Below, piece after piece: positions 24,850-34,459 of a stretch of DNA of 64,000 bases. The position numbers were made by a program, and so were the translations under genes. Under the pieces are notes generated by a model. The model did not search any database. It worked only from the letters and a program-made list of their open reading frames with translations, and had not been told where the DNA came from. Position 1 is the first letter of the stretch. The number at the start of each line of letters is the position of its first letter. The stretch lies in the IMG/VR virus record IMGVR_UViG_3300035698_016797, positions 32,001-96,000 of that record, one strand, 5' to 3'. Origin of the DNA: a virus.

Positions 24850-26724
24850 ATGGTTGATTTTGCAAACGAATTGTCTAAGTTTGTCTTCGTGCGTTCATAT
24901 GCACGTTGGCAACCCGAACTTGGACGCAGAGAGACGTGGGAAGAGGTTGTGGATCGTGTTCTAACTTTCTTGTTGGAGGAGAGAGGTGAACACATTCCAG
25001 AGAAAACTGTACGCAAAATTAGAGAATACATGTTGACTTTCAACGTGATGCCATCCATGAGGTTGGTTTGGACAGCAGGTGCTCCGGCAAGAAAAGACAA
25101 TACGTGCATTTACAACTGTGCGTTTTCCAACATAGATAGTATCGAATCTTTTGCAGAAAACCTATACATCTTAATGTGTGGATCTGGGTTTGGATTCTCC
25201 GTTAGCAGAGAAGCTATCTCTAAACTTCCTATCGTTCCAAACATTGATGTTATGAACGTTGTATATCATACCGTTGACGATTCTCGTGAAGGATGGTCCA
25301 ACTCACTAAAAGTTTTACTTACCGAACTGTACGAAGGGCGATTTGTTCATTTTGATTACAGTGAAGTGAGACCCGAAGGTGCACGTCTTCAAACTATGGG
25401 TGGAAAAGCTTCTGGTCCAGCACCACTTATCAATCTTCATACCTTTGTTACGGAAACACTTTTGGAAGCACAAGGTAGACAACTCACCTCTGTTGAATGT
25501 CACGACATCTGTACTCAAATAGCAGAAGCAGTGGTTGTTGGTGGAGTAAGACGCTCTTCTGAAATCTCATTGTCCGACTTAGACGATATGGATATGAGAC
25601 ATGCTAAAGATTGGCCATTTCCTGCAAAAAGAATGATGGCAAACAACTCTGCAATCTACAGAGAAAAACCGTCTGCAACAGAGTTTCTGGCAGAATGGTC
25701 TGCACTGGCATCTTCTGGCACTGGAGAAAGAGGAATATTCAATCTTGAGGGTGTACGTAATACCGCTCCATCCAGACGTGATGAAAAACTAATCGAAGGG
25801 TGCAATCCTTGTGGAGAAATCTCTCTTCGTAATAAACAGTTTTGCAATCTTACAGAGGTTGTGGTAAAACCAGATGACGATCTCGATACATTGCTTGATA
25901 AAGTTGAAACTGCAACCTGGCTAGGTACAATACAGTCTACATTCACACATTTCCCATTCATCAGTCCAGAGTGGAAGAAGAATTGTGAAGAGGAAAGATT
26001 GCTTGGAGTTTCTCTCACAGGACTATGTGACAACCCGAAGATAATCGAACCGATGGTTCTTAAGGCACTGAAAAATAGAGTGAGGAAAGTTGCCAGACGT
26101 GCCGCCAAATCACTCAACGTTTCATATCCTAAAGCATTAACGTGTATAAAGCCATCAGGTACTGTTTCTCAACTGGTAAACGCTTCATCAGGGTTGCATT
26201 CCAGATATTCACAATTCTATATGAGACGCTTTCGCATCTCTAAAATGGACTCTCTGTTTCACATGATGAGGGATCAAGGTTTTGACTTCGTTCCAGAAGT
26301 AAACCAAGAACCGGAAACTGCATCAACATGGGTTTGTAGCTTCCCCGTAAAGGCTCCATCCGAATCGTTGAAAAGATCAGACTTAGATGCAATAGACCAA
26401 CTGGAAATATACCAAACCATCAAAGAAAACTGGTGCGAACACAACGCTTCATGTACGGTGTACATCAAAGATGATGAGTGGTTTGAAGTTGGTAATTGGG
26501 TTTACAAACATTGGGATATAGTGAATGGATTGAGTTTTCTGCCGTATGATAATGGTAGATACCAATTAGCTCCATTTGAAGAGATTTCAGAAGAACAGTT
26601 TGTGGAGCAAAATGAACAGCAAATACCAATTGACTATTCGCAATTAGGAACTTACGAAAATGATGACAACACCGATGGTGCAAAAACATATGCTTGCTCT
26701 GGTGACAAGTGCGAACTCAAGTAA
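24850..26724 (+). CDS. nrdJ: class II (adenosylcobalamin-dependent) ribonucleotide reductase
   Basis: RETWEE, MPSMR, YNC, GGVRRS, NPCGEI, FCNLTEV, KPSGTVS, WCEHN.S.TV, C-terminal CSGDKCE; AAGGAG RBS at 24850. Confidence 0.93.
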   Translation: MVDFANELSKFVFVRSYARWQPELGRRETWEEVVDRVLTFLLEERGEHIPEKTVRKIREYMLTFNVMPSMRLVWTAGAPARKDNTCIYNCAFSNIDSIESFAENLYILMCGSGFGFSVSREAISKLPIVPNIDVMNVVYHTVDDSREGWSNSLKVLLTELYEGRFVHFDYSEVRPEGARLQTMGGKASGPAPLINLHTFVTETLLEAQGRQLTSVECHDICTQIAEAVVVGGVRRSSEISLSDLDDMDMRHAKDWPFPAKRMMANNSAIYREKPSATEFLAEWSALASSGTGERGIFNLEGVRNTAPSRRDEKLIEGCNPCGEISLRNKQFCNLTEVVVKPDDDLDTLLDKVETATWLGTIQSTFTHFPFISPEWKKNCEEERLLGVSLTGLCDNPKIIEPMVLKALKNRVRKVARRAAKSLNVSYPKALTCIKPSGTVSQLVNASSGLHSRYSQFYMRRFRISKMDSLFHMMRDQGFDFVPEVNQEPETASTWVCSFPVKAPSESLKRSDLDAIDQLEIYQTIKENWCEHNASCTVYIKDDEWFEVGNWVYKHWDIVNGLSFLPYDNGRYQLAPFEEISEEQFVEQNEQQIPIDYSQLGTYENDDNTDGAKTYACSGDKCELK

Positions 26725-26865
26725 GATTGAAGAGCACAGGATTGAAAACCCCATGTTTCCATATGTGATACAGCAAAGAGATCCAATTCTGCATGGAATA
26801 AGGGCTGGATTAAGCCCCACTCGTGATGCAGAAAATGCTCAAATCGCAAAAGGTTGGGCTGGACT

Positions 26866-27321
26866 ATGAAGAAACAACGAACACTCTTTATAGCTCTTCT
26901 TCTGTCCTTGATCATTACATCGTGTAATGTTTTGGGACAGGAAAAGAAGGGACTGTTAGACGGTTTTGGATTGGATTCTCCAACCTCTAAAGAGGAGAAA
27001 AACTTTACATGTGATCCTAAGCCCGCACCAAAACCTCCTGCACAGCACTCTTCGGCAGAGGGGATTCCTCCACTACCTCTTCCGGTGGTCCCTCTAAGAA
27101 GAACGGAAAAGAAGAATCCTCCAAAGCCACCCGTTCTAGTTGTAAAGATAGACACCGGTAAAGATGGTGACTGGAATACGAACCCACAGGATATTGAGAA
27201 TCTTCTCAAATGGATGGCAAAGGATCTAGGTGTACATTTCAGTTCTCAAAATCGCAGATTAGAAGATATTTTAGGAATCAGACAAGAAAGAAGACTGGTA
27301 AAAAAAGAAAGGTCAAGGTAA
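26866..27321 (+). CDS. secreted/lipoprotein with partial DUF4159-like domain
   Basis: signal peptide with LIITSC; Pro-rich linker; GDWNTNPQDIENLLKWMAKDLG resembles the start of DUF4159. Confidence 0.5.
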   Translation: MKKQRTLFIALLLSLIITSCNVLGQEKKGLLDGFGLDSPTSKEEKNFTCDPKPAPKPPAQHSSAEGIPPLPLPVVPLRRTEKKNPPKPPVLVVKIDTGKDGDWNTNPQDIENLLKWMAKDLGVHFSSQNRRLEDILGIRQERRLVKKERSR

Positions 27322-27803
27322 TGCAAATTACTCTCAACACGGCGCTGAAACGAAAAAAGCGTGTACTTGGTTGGATGACAAAGGTGTCAACAAAAATCAA
27401 GATACACAATTCAAGACAAATTGTTGAAGGTGACGAAAGTCCAAAAGTAAACATTGACGATTTACTGAAAGAGCACGAAGCTCTCACTGCACACCTTATA
27501 GAGTTGAAGACGGCAATTGCGATTGCCAACGCTCCAATTCAGTCAAGTATTTTCAAACTTTCCGAGTTAAAAAGCGGAGCTACAATGTTAGCTCAAATGG
27601 CAACCAGAGAAGGAAAGTTCCCTTCGCGGTACGGTATGGGAGAGGTGCAAATGTTTGACATCTTCGAAGCTCAAATTAAAGAAGAAGAGGTTGAAGGAAT
27701 GCAGGAGTCTATTGCAGACGCAATCGAATGCACGCAAGAAGCTCTGGAAAAGCATAACGCGACCACAATCATCGAAATCGAAGATTATAAGTATAATCCC
27801 TAA
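27321..27803 (+). CDS. DIP1984/DUF6847-like coiled-coil protein
   Basis: ITL..ALK.K.R, L..LK.AI..AN, I..L.ELK, Q..L...NATT.I pattern. Confidence 0.6.
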   Translation: MQITLNTALKRKKRVLGWMTKVSTKIKIHNSRQIVEGDESPKVNIDDLLKEHEALTAHLIELKTAIAIANAPIQSSIFKLSELKSGATMLAQMATREGKFPSRYGMGEVQMFDIFEAQIKEEEVEGMQESIADAIECTQEALEKHNATTIIEIEDYKYNP

Positions 27804-28075
27804 CCAATTTGGGTGGTGTGTAGTGTTGAAAGAAAAGTTGGCCGACAGACACTCTTCGGAATGTTTGAAAGCACAAATTCTGCTTAGGCAGATGCAAATG
27901 GACTGAAAATCCATACTCCTTAATGGGGAATAGAATTGTATTGATAGAGATGAATGAAAACCTTAAACATAGAGCCTAGTGCTTGTCAAGACTCAAATCT
28001 CATGACTTCAATGTTCAAGATTCTTTCGTCATATATCAAAACTTATCAAGACGACTTTCCTCTTAATGCTCACAC
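27804..28075 (+). ncRNA. putative non-coding element with TCAA-rich periodic tract
   Basis: no credible ORF; short hairpins then TCA(A) repeats at roughly 7-10 nt spacing 27986-28050. Confidence 0.35.
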
Positions 28076-28121
28076 CACCCTCCTTTTATTATGATAAAAA
28101 TACGACATACACACGAAATCA

Positions 28122-28448
28122 TTGAAGACGTGTTTTCCTTGTGTTCGGAAAAAAACAAGGATAGACTTAAAAAACTGGGCAGATAACAATAGCCTAAGAA
28201 TCAATCAGGAGCATCCAAAAGGTACAACTCACTACTTTCTTGTTTTTCGTTGTTCGCGCAATACTAACAAGTGGTTGATGGCCGACCACACCTGGACAGC
28301 TCTTACCTCAAAAGACCGTACAATTATAGACAAGTGGATCTATAGTGACGGAGAGCGTTGGGATGCATACTGCACCACGTACGAAGAAGCGGAAGGCAGA
28401 CTTATTGCCTTTCTGGCAAACCACAAACTAACAGCAGGTAGAAAATGA
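28122..28448 (+). CDS. hypothetical protein
   Basis: 108 aa ORF. Confidence 0.5.
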   Translation: MKTCFPCVRKKTRIDLKNWADNNSLRINQEHPKGTTHYFLVFRCSRNTNKWLMADHTWTALTSKDRTIIDKWIYSDGERWDAYCTTYEEAEGRLIAFLANHKLTAGRK

Positions 28449-28603
28449 AGAAGAGAAATACAAAAAAGACTTCGAGCAGAGAAGCTGAAAAGCGTAGCGA
28501 CCGTTACGACAGAAGGCAAAAGGAAAAAGATCGAAGCATTACACGACGCAATGCACGCAAGGAAAAGACAAAATACAGCGTGGATGAAGATAATGATGAA
28601 TAA
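28445..28603 (+). CDS. small basic protein (52 aa, below ORF-track cutoff)
   Basis: MKKRNTKK...DEDNDE, fills the gap between neighbours. Confidence 0.45.
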   Translation: MKKRNTKKTSSREAEKRSDRYDRRQKEKDRSITRRNARKEKTKYSVDEDNDE

Positions 28604-29240
28604 CTCAGCAAGAATATATGAAGATGCAAAAAAGTGTGAATACAAAGAAGGTCATATTTGCGACCATCCGGCAGAAGCGGCCAAATGGTGCTATGACTGC
28701 GAGATAAGAGATGCGGTAGATGGAGAAAAAGTTCAATATCGCAAACTTTATGCAGATTTTCCAAATCTGTTCAGACAGAATTCTTTACCTTCAACTGAAA
28801 GTTGCATGTCATATAAGGCTGCAATTTCAGAAGGTTGGTTGCCACTTTTGCGAAAAACGTGCGAAAAGCTAAAAGCACAAAACGAAGCAAATGGCACAAA
28901 TATCGAATTTTCACAAATCAAGGAAAAATTCGGCTGTTTGAGAATTTACCTTGACAATTCAGACGAAGAGGCTTATAAAATCACAAGCGAAGCAGAAACC
29001 GAATCTGCAACAATTTGTGAGTCATGTGGGAAACCTGGAAAAAGACGTAAAGGTGGATGGATTCTCACAATGTGTGATTCTTGCAATACGGAAAGAGAAG
29101 AAACAAAGCGTAAGGAGAGAGAATGGCTCGAATCTCGAAAACGCAAATGTTCCAAATGTGAAAATATGACATATGTCAAAGAAGGCGTTCCAGACGAAGA
29201 GTTGGTGTGTTTTCGTTGTACGAGAGATGAAAGCAAATGA
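28551..29240 (+). CDS. conserved phage protein (QIKEKFG.LR.Y family) with zinc ribbons
   Basis: GWLPLL, QIKEKFGCLRIY, ICESCGKPG...W..TMCDSC; true start probably later than 28551. Confidence 0.7.
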   Translation: MHARKRQNTAWMKIMMNNSARIYEDAKKCEYKEGHICDHPAEAAKWCYDCEIRDAVDGEKVQYRKLYADFPNLFRQNSLPSTESCMSYKAAISEGWLPLLRKTCEKLKAQNEANGTNIEFSQIKEKFGCLRIYLDNSDEEAYKITSEAETESATICESCGKPGKRRKGGWILTMCDSCNTEREETKRKEREWLESRKRKCSKCENMTYVKEGVPDEELVCFRCTRDESK

Positions 29241-29365
29241 AATACATCAAAACAATTGCAATAGTTGCTCTGCTTTCAACATTTGTTTCGTGTGCACGGT
29301 CCAGATGCAAAACAGAACCTCCTCTCTACTACGATACAACCATAGATTATCACAATGTCTGCTGA
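29237..29365 (+). CDS. small lipoprotein (42 aa)
   Basis: MKYIKTIAIVALLSTFVSC lipobox-like signal, ATGA overlap. Confidence 0.5.
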   Translation: MKYIKTIAIVALLSTFVSCARSRCKTEPPLYYDTTIDYHNVC

Positions 29366-29575
29366 TCTTCCGAGGTAAAGACTTTTTACAGACGAATTCT
29401 GTAAAGGAGAAGATGTCTTCGTAATAAGAACAAGACACGGATGGTTTGACGGAAAACTTAAAGCTAGAATTGTAGAAATAAACAAACATTGCTGTACTGT
29501 AAAATGTCTGCAAGGTGAATTCAAAGACTTTATGTTCGAAATTGAGCATCCACGAGACATAAGGAAAAAAATGTA

Positions 29576-29974
29576 ATGCTAAATAAAACACAGCTGAATA
29601 GAGTAAATTCGAGACTGAATAGTATTGTTGATGCAAAAGTGAAAGCTTTTAAAGCACAACAGGGAATTCAGTCTGCCGAAGATGTAATCAGAGCATATTT
29701 CGAAAATCACAAGGAAGAGTTGGCAGATGCCATTCTTGAGACTAAAGGAGCCTTGATGAGTTCTTACACTCACAGAAATGCTGTTAGTGCCCATCCAATT
29801 GCCATGCAGGCAACCCTTGCCGAACAAACGGCTAGAGATGCTTGTGAAGTTCAGGCAAAGGATTACTCGAAAGCCTTAGAAGAAGAAGTGGCAACCATAA
29901 TGGACGAACTTTACCTTGGTGAAGGCGACGCAAAGAATAGGATTTCAACATTCAGAGCGTTTGAGCCTGAATAA
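29576..29974 (+). CDS. hypothetical helical protein
   Basis: 132 aa ORF. Confidence 0.6.
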   Translation: MLNKTQLNRVNSRLNSIVDAKVKAFKAQQGIQSAEDVIRAYFENHKEELADAILETKGALMSSYTHRNAVSAHPIAMQATLAEQTARDACEVQAKDYSKALEEEVATIMDELYLGEGDAKNRISTFRAFEPE

Positions 29975-30033
29975 TACATTTCTGAAATGTGGAATGTTGG
30001 CTTAGAAGCAGCCAGAACGAAAGTTCCGCCAAA

Positions 30034-30429
30034 TCAGTCATTATTAGAGTGTTCAATACGATGACAATTAGCACATAGCAAATTACACTTGTCAAGCTCT
30101 CCTTTAATTCTCTCAAATGATCGAGTATTGCTTCCAATTGCAAGTTCTTTAACATTTGAGTCTACATGGTGAAAGTCAAATACTTCAAGATGGTTTATGT
30201 TATTATATCCACATGATGCACATTTTCCACCTTTGTATAATACGGCCATCCTCTTAATATTACGTCTTCTGACTAAACTGTAAGCTTTGCGACAATCAAT
30301 ACACAGCTGATCGTAATATTTCCAAATTTGACCATTCTTACCATGTTGTTGTTGCTTGTAGAATTCTGAAATTTGTTTTGTGCGCTTGCAAGCTTTGCAA
30401 GTCTTTTCTAAGGCTTCAATTGCTTTCAT
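30034..30429 (-). CDS. HNH endonuclease with N-terminal zinc finger
   Basis: CKACK..K...EFY, CASCG, FDFHHVD, CNLLCANCHRIEH. Confidence 0.8.
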   Translation of the reverse strand: MKAIEALEKTCKACKRTKQISEFYKQQQHGKNGQIWKYYDQLCIDCRKAYSLVRRRNIKRMAVLYKGGKCASCGYNNINHLEVFDFHHVDSNVKELAIGSNTRSFERIKGELDKCNLLCANCHRIEHSNND

Positions 30430-30731
30430 GATATCCTCCTATTGCAATATGACTACTCATTACTATATTACAACTAATAAGTGTAATTTGTCACTTGAAA
30501 ATTCTAATAATGGCTGATTTGGTGCATCTAAGGAGTGGGACAAGTACCCAGCCAAGTGAGACTCGGCTTGGTCACAGAGCCAGAGATGACTTCTGGGACA
30601 AATACAGCTAGTGGAAAAGCACCCCGTAACTGGTAAGGCAAATCCTTCTCTTTGGCGTAATAGCACACCACATTTCCTTTCGTCTGTTCAAGTTAACGAC
30701 AATTCTCAAAATAAAAAACGGAGTAACAGTC

Positions 30732-31058
30732 ATGATGGATAGCAAAGAAATTATACTCAGAATGCTCGACGTCATTCTTGCCGAAGCATTGATTGAAAGA
30801 GCATCACAAATAAGATTCATCGACATCAGTGATGTCAAATTGTCGGTAGAATTTCTAATTGACGATGAGTGGGAAATTTGTGAAGAGATTCCTATTTATC
30901 TAGCGGACTCTATTCTTGAAGGAATCGTTTCCGTGGACAACACAATCAGAAATACCACCTTGCCTTTTGGAGATCAAAAAGAAACTGCCGTTAAAATCAT
31001 AGTCTCTCAACGTGACAATGTTACAACGGTTAAGCTAGAACCATGTCAACCACAATAG
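30732..31058 (+). CDS. stand-alone PilB/GspE N2D-like domain protein
   Basis: LDVILAEALIERASQIRF...VEFLIDDEW aligns by eye with PilB/GspE N.IL..AI..RASDIHI...VR.RIDG.L. Confidence 0.5.
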   Translation: MMDSKEIILRMLDVILAEALIERASQIRFIDISDVKLSVEFLIDDEWEICEEIPIYLADSILEGIVSVDNTIRNTTLPFGDQKETAVKIIVSQRDNVTTVKLEPCQPQ

Positions 31059-31270
31059 AATGTGAGTTCCCATTCAAATCTTGCGTCCTGATAACAGAAC
31101 TTGGCTTAAGTGGAATAGTAGTAGCCGTCCTTTGGGACAGAGATGGAGTATTATACAAAGTAAGATATTTCCATGAAAAATCTGCAAAGGAAGTCTATTT
31201 CTTCTTTGAGGAATTGACAGCTGTTACCAGCGAGGATGGCACACCGAAAATGATAGGATTTGTGAAGTAA
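31043..31270 (+). CDS. small phage protein
   Basis: 75 aa SH3-like pattern (G.VVAV...DG..YKVRY...FEEL). Confidence 0.55.
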   Translation: MSTTIECEFPFKSCVLITELGLSGIVVAVLWDRDGVLYKVRYFHEKSAKEVYFFFEELTAVTSEDGTPKMIGFVK

Positions 31271-31635
31271 TGGCAATCTTTATAATTTTAATAGGAATAC
31301 TAACACTAAGGTTTGTGTACTGCAAAACCAGGATGCCACACTACTCTGAGCCTCCTCCAAGAATTGTCTCAAAAGCTACCTCTTATGGATATGGAAATCA
31401 CACCTTTCATGCTAATTCAACCAAAGAGGCTGAACAAATCATGGCTTCCTTCGATAGGGCTGACAAAAGGGATAAAATAGAAGAAGCTTTGAAAAAATTT
31501 AATTGGTGTCACATTTTGGACGCACGCAGGAAGTGTTCATTATGTGGCATTGATAGATATAGTCCAGAGTGGGAAACAAGATGTCCACAATCAAGCTACG
31601 AAATATGTGTAGAACACTACGGATTGAACCCGTGA
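31270..31635 (+). CDS. membrane-anchored hypothetical protein
   Basis: hydrophobic N-terminus, C-terminal Cys cluster. Confidence 0.5.
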   Translation: MAIFIILIGILTLRFVYCKTRMPHYSEPPPRIVSKATSYGYGNHTFHANSTKEAEQIMASFDRADKRDKIEEALKKFNWCHILDARRKCSLCGIDRYSPEWETRCPQSSYEICVEHYGLNP

Positions 31636-31684
31636 GTTCATTTTAGAGGAACAAATTCAAATAAAAAATTGGACGAGAACAATC

Positions 31685-32350
31685 ATGAGTAAACAAAAAC
31701 ATAGAAGACAAACCGTGTGGGTTGGTGGAGACTTCCACTTTGATCACTGGCCAATCAATTTCCATTGCAACAGAGGATTCGACAACGTTGACGATATGAA
31801 TGATGCTCTCGTTCACAATTGGAACAGCAGAGTAAATAAAGGTGACCTGATGATTGTAGTTGGTGACCTTGCGTGGAAGCGACACAGAAAGTGGTGCAAC
31901 GTCCTGAACGGGAGTAAGATTCTCGTGCGAGGAAACCACGACAAGATGCCATTGCTGTCACTAGAACAATTCTCAGAGGTACACGACACGTTGTGCCGTA
32001 GATACTCTGGAACCTCGTGCTACTTTCATCACTATGCACAAAGAGTGTGGCCAGGAATGTACGGAAGAGTAACAGGCAGTGGTGTTGTCATACCTCCAGC
32101 CGTACACTTATATGCCCACAGCCACGGAACACTGGAAGATTGGACTCATACCCACTCTATTGATGTCGGAGTCGATGTATGGGGCTTAGCACCCATCAGG
32201 CTTGACGCTGTAGTAAGTATGGTACAAGAGAGAACCTTAAACAGTCCAGTGATTGATGATTCTGAAACAAAAAGAGAAGTTATGCGCAAGAAAAGACTTG
32301 TTCTGAGCGAACGCAACCTCAAATTTCTCAAAAGATGGAGAAACCAATAA
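31685..32350 (+). CDS. calcineurin-like metallophosphoesterase
   Basis: GDFHFDH, VGD, GNHD, HY...W, HSHG, DVGVD. Confidence 0.88.
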   Translation: MSKQKHRRQTVWVGGDFHFDHWPINFHCNRGFDNVDDMNDALVHNWNSRVNKGDLMIVVGDLAWKRHRKWCNVLNGSKILVRGNHDKMPLLSLEQFSEVHDTLCRRYSGTSCYFHHYAQRVWPGMYGRVTGSGVVIPPAVHLYAHSHGTLEDWTHTHSIDVGVDVWGLAPIRLDAVVSMVQERTLNSPVIDDSETKREVMRKKRLVLSERNLKFLKRWRNQ

Positions 32351-32351
32351 G

Positions 32352-32624
32352 ATGTTACAATTTTTAGCAGAACTAATAGGATTACTATCTATGGCACTAT
32401 GTATAGTAGGAACCCTGCTCCGTGGAGTGTGGCTTGCAGAACCTATGGCCAAATTCTATTGTGGCAAAATTACCATGAGAGGAGGAAGGATACACTCCCT
32501 CTCGTCCAAAATGAAGGAACGTTTAACTAAAGACTTTAAGAGGGGTTCTCTTCTAGTGGCGGCAGCATTAACCGCATTCTTCTTTCTTATAGTTCTCCTT
32601 CTTGAGAGGATTCCATCATGGTAG
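32352..32624 (+). CDS. two-TM membrane protein
   Basis: two hydrophobic segments in 90 aa. Confidence 0.55.
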   Translation: MLQFLAELIGLLSMALCIVGTLLRGVWLAEPMAKFYCGKITMRGGRIHSLSSKMKERLTKDFKRGSLLVAAALTAFFFLIVLLLERIPSW

Positions 32625-32989
32625 AAGTGTTAAATAGAAAAGATATTCCAGAACCATTCCACTGGCCCTTGTGGTACGTATACATTGGAAGACCATCACC
32701 TCTCGGGAACCCATTTGTTATAGGAAAAGATGGGACGAGAGAGGAAGTCGTTACCAAGTATGCTGAATGGTTGAGTGTAAACCTGGAGAGTGATGAAGCA
32801 ATGACTTTAGAACTCTGTAAGCTACTTGAAACATTCCAAAAACATGGAAAGCTGGGATTGGTATGCTGGTGTGCTCCTGAACTATGCCACGGAGACGTTA
32901 TAAAACGTATACTCTTGAGCGTAGCTAGAGGATTGTCTACACCAGGAGACTATATCACTGAGAGAAACGATGAACACTCCAAACTATAG
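32618..32989 (+). CDS. DUF4326 family protein
   Basis: YIGRPS.LGNPF.IG.DG.REEV..KY, L.CWCAP..CHGDVI. Confidence 0.85.
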   Translation: MVEVLNRKDIPEPFHWPLWYVYIGRPSPLGNPFVIGKDGTREEVVTKYAEWLSVNLESDEAMTLELCKLLETFQKHGKLGLVCWCAPELCHGDVIKRILLSVARGLSTPGDYITERNDEHSKL

Positions 32990-33269
32990 ATCTGGAGACA
33001 AACCTTGTACATATTGTATGTACTGTACCTATTGGAGGCGCTTTATAGAACACTGTCGCTTTGACAGATACAATAACGACAAAAGGAGAACGTGTAACAA
33101 CTTTGCACGAAGAAAACAATTGGACCATCCCGTTGTAAGATTCAGAGTAGTTGCCTTGTTTTTATCTCCTATTGTTGCCACTCTTGCAGTTATAGTTTCC
33201 ATTCCATGCATTTTCTTATACACAACAGTCCGTTGGTCAACATGGGAAATACAACCAGATGAAACATAA
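32970..33269 (+). CDS. hypothetical protein
   Basis: Cys cluster plus TM segment. Confidence 0.45.
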   Translation: MNTPNYRSGDKPCTYCMYCTYWRRFIEHCRFDRYNNDKRRTCNNFARRKQLDHPVVRFRVVALFLSPIVATLAVIVSIPCIFLYTTVRWSTWEIQPDET

Positions 33270-33636
33270 AAACACTGATATTTATGATTACAAAGAAGCT
33301 TCTGTTCCAACCACAGAAAGAAGATGTTTCCAATGTGCAAACATGTTCGGTTTGGATCACGAAGGCAAGCTTGGAGCATACTGTCACCTGGAAAGCAGAT
33401 ATGTATGTGCCGCATTGGGAACGTGTGGTTGCTTTGTAGAAATGCAACCGTTCATTCCATACAATGGGGAGTATGAAAAGACCAGTTACTTCGTTAGACT
33501 CAAGACTGGAGTAGTTTGGGGACCGTGCTGGCCTAACGCTGGTAAGTTCAACCTCCTCAACGGTACTGGTGATGTGATAGAAGAAGAGGATATAGACTCA
33601 ATAAGAAGAACATGTCTCTATCCTAACGAGGTGTAG
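33259..33636 (+). CDS. hypothetical Cys-rich protein
   Basis: CFQC...YCH..C..CGCF. Confidence 0.55.
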   Translation: MKHKNTDIYDYKEASVPTTERRCFQCANMFGLDHEGKLGAYCHLESRYVCAALGTCGCFVEMQPFIPYNGEYEKTSYFVRLKTGVVWGPCWPNAGKFNLLNGTGDVIEEEDIDSIRRTCLYPNEV

Positions 33637-33637
33637 A

Positions 33638-33928
33638 ATGAAACACACCATAATGAACGAAGAGCAGAAAATAAGACTGGAACAGTTAAAGTCTAGGCTT
33701 AAAAGCGTAATTAAACATTTTGACATGGCCGGAAAGGGAGACTTAATACATCGTGTTATAGGTCTCAAGTGTGGATGTTATGGATGGATCAATTGTATTC
33801 ATAGATATGAAACCACGGAACCACAACCATGGTCAAAACGTAAATCAATAGATGAAATTCTTGATGCATTTGAAATAATGCTAGTCAAACTGGAAACCAT
33901 GAAGAAGACGGGGATAATAGTAAAATGA
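33638..33928 (+). CDS. hypothetical protein
   Basis: 96 aa ORF, GAGGT RBS. Confidence 0.5.
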   Translation: MKHTIMNEEQKIRLEQLKSRLKSVIKHFDMAGKGDLIHRVIGLKCGCYGWINCIHRYETTEPQPWSKRKSIDEILDAFEIMLVKLETMKKTGIIVK

Positions 33929-34233
33929 GTAACGAACAAGACAAAACCAAAGAACAAGAAGAACTGCCAAAGGCAGACTATTACCTCTTACTGATTTGTG
34001 TAGATGGTAAGCTGGACTGGTTTCAATCTAATAATCTTGGAAAGATTCAAGAACAAATAGATATGGCACAAGAGTTCGCAGCTCTGGACGAACTTTCACA
34101 CGAAATCAAGACTGCCATACATGCCTGTATGTTTACACAGGTTAATGGATTGCCGTTCCCATTTAGACAGTTCGCACCTAGTCATACAGCTCTTGATCTT
34201 GACAACAAGCCTCCAGAAGATGAATGTGTGTGA
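33925..34233 (+). CDS. hypothetical protein
   Basis: 102 aa, ATGA overlap. Confidence 0.55.
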   Translation: MSNEQDKTKEQEELPKADYYLLLICVDGKLDWFQSNNLGKIQEQIDMAQEFAALDELSHEIKTAIHACMFTQVNGLPFPFRQFAPSHTALDLDNKPPEDECV

Positions 34234-34234
34234 C

Positions 34235-34459
34235 ATGGAAAAAGATAGAAGGTATAGAATCGTCTCTGACTATGGTTTTGGAGACAAGTGTTGGATAGAA
34301 AGAGATCTTACTGAAGAAGAGGCATTAAAAGCCATCAATGATCAAGGCGGATATGACTTCGAAACCCTTGAAGCAGCTCTTGACTACGACTATGGGATCT
34401 ACTCCGTAGAAGATGATAACCTAAACGACGAAGAAGATTGGGACTGGATGGACTCATGA
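34235..34459 (+). CDS. small acidic protein
   Basis: start MEKDRRY directly after the previous stop. Confidence 0.5.
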   Translation: MEKDRRYRIVSDYGFGDKCWIERDLTEEEALKAINDQGGYDFETLEAALDYDYGIYSVEDDNLNDEEDWDWMDS

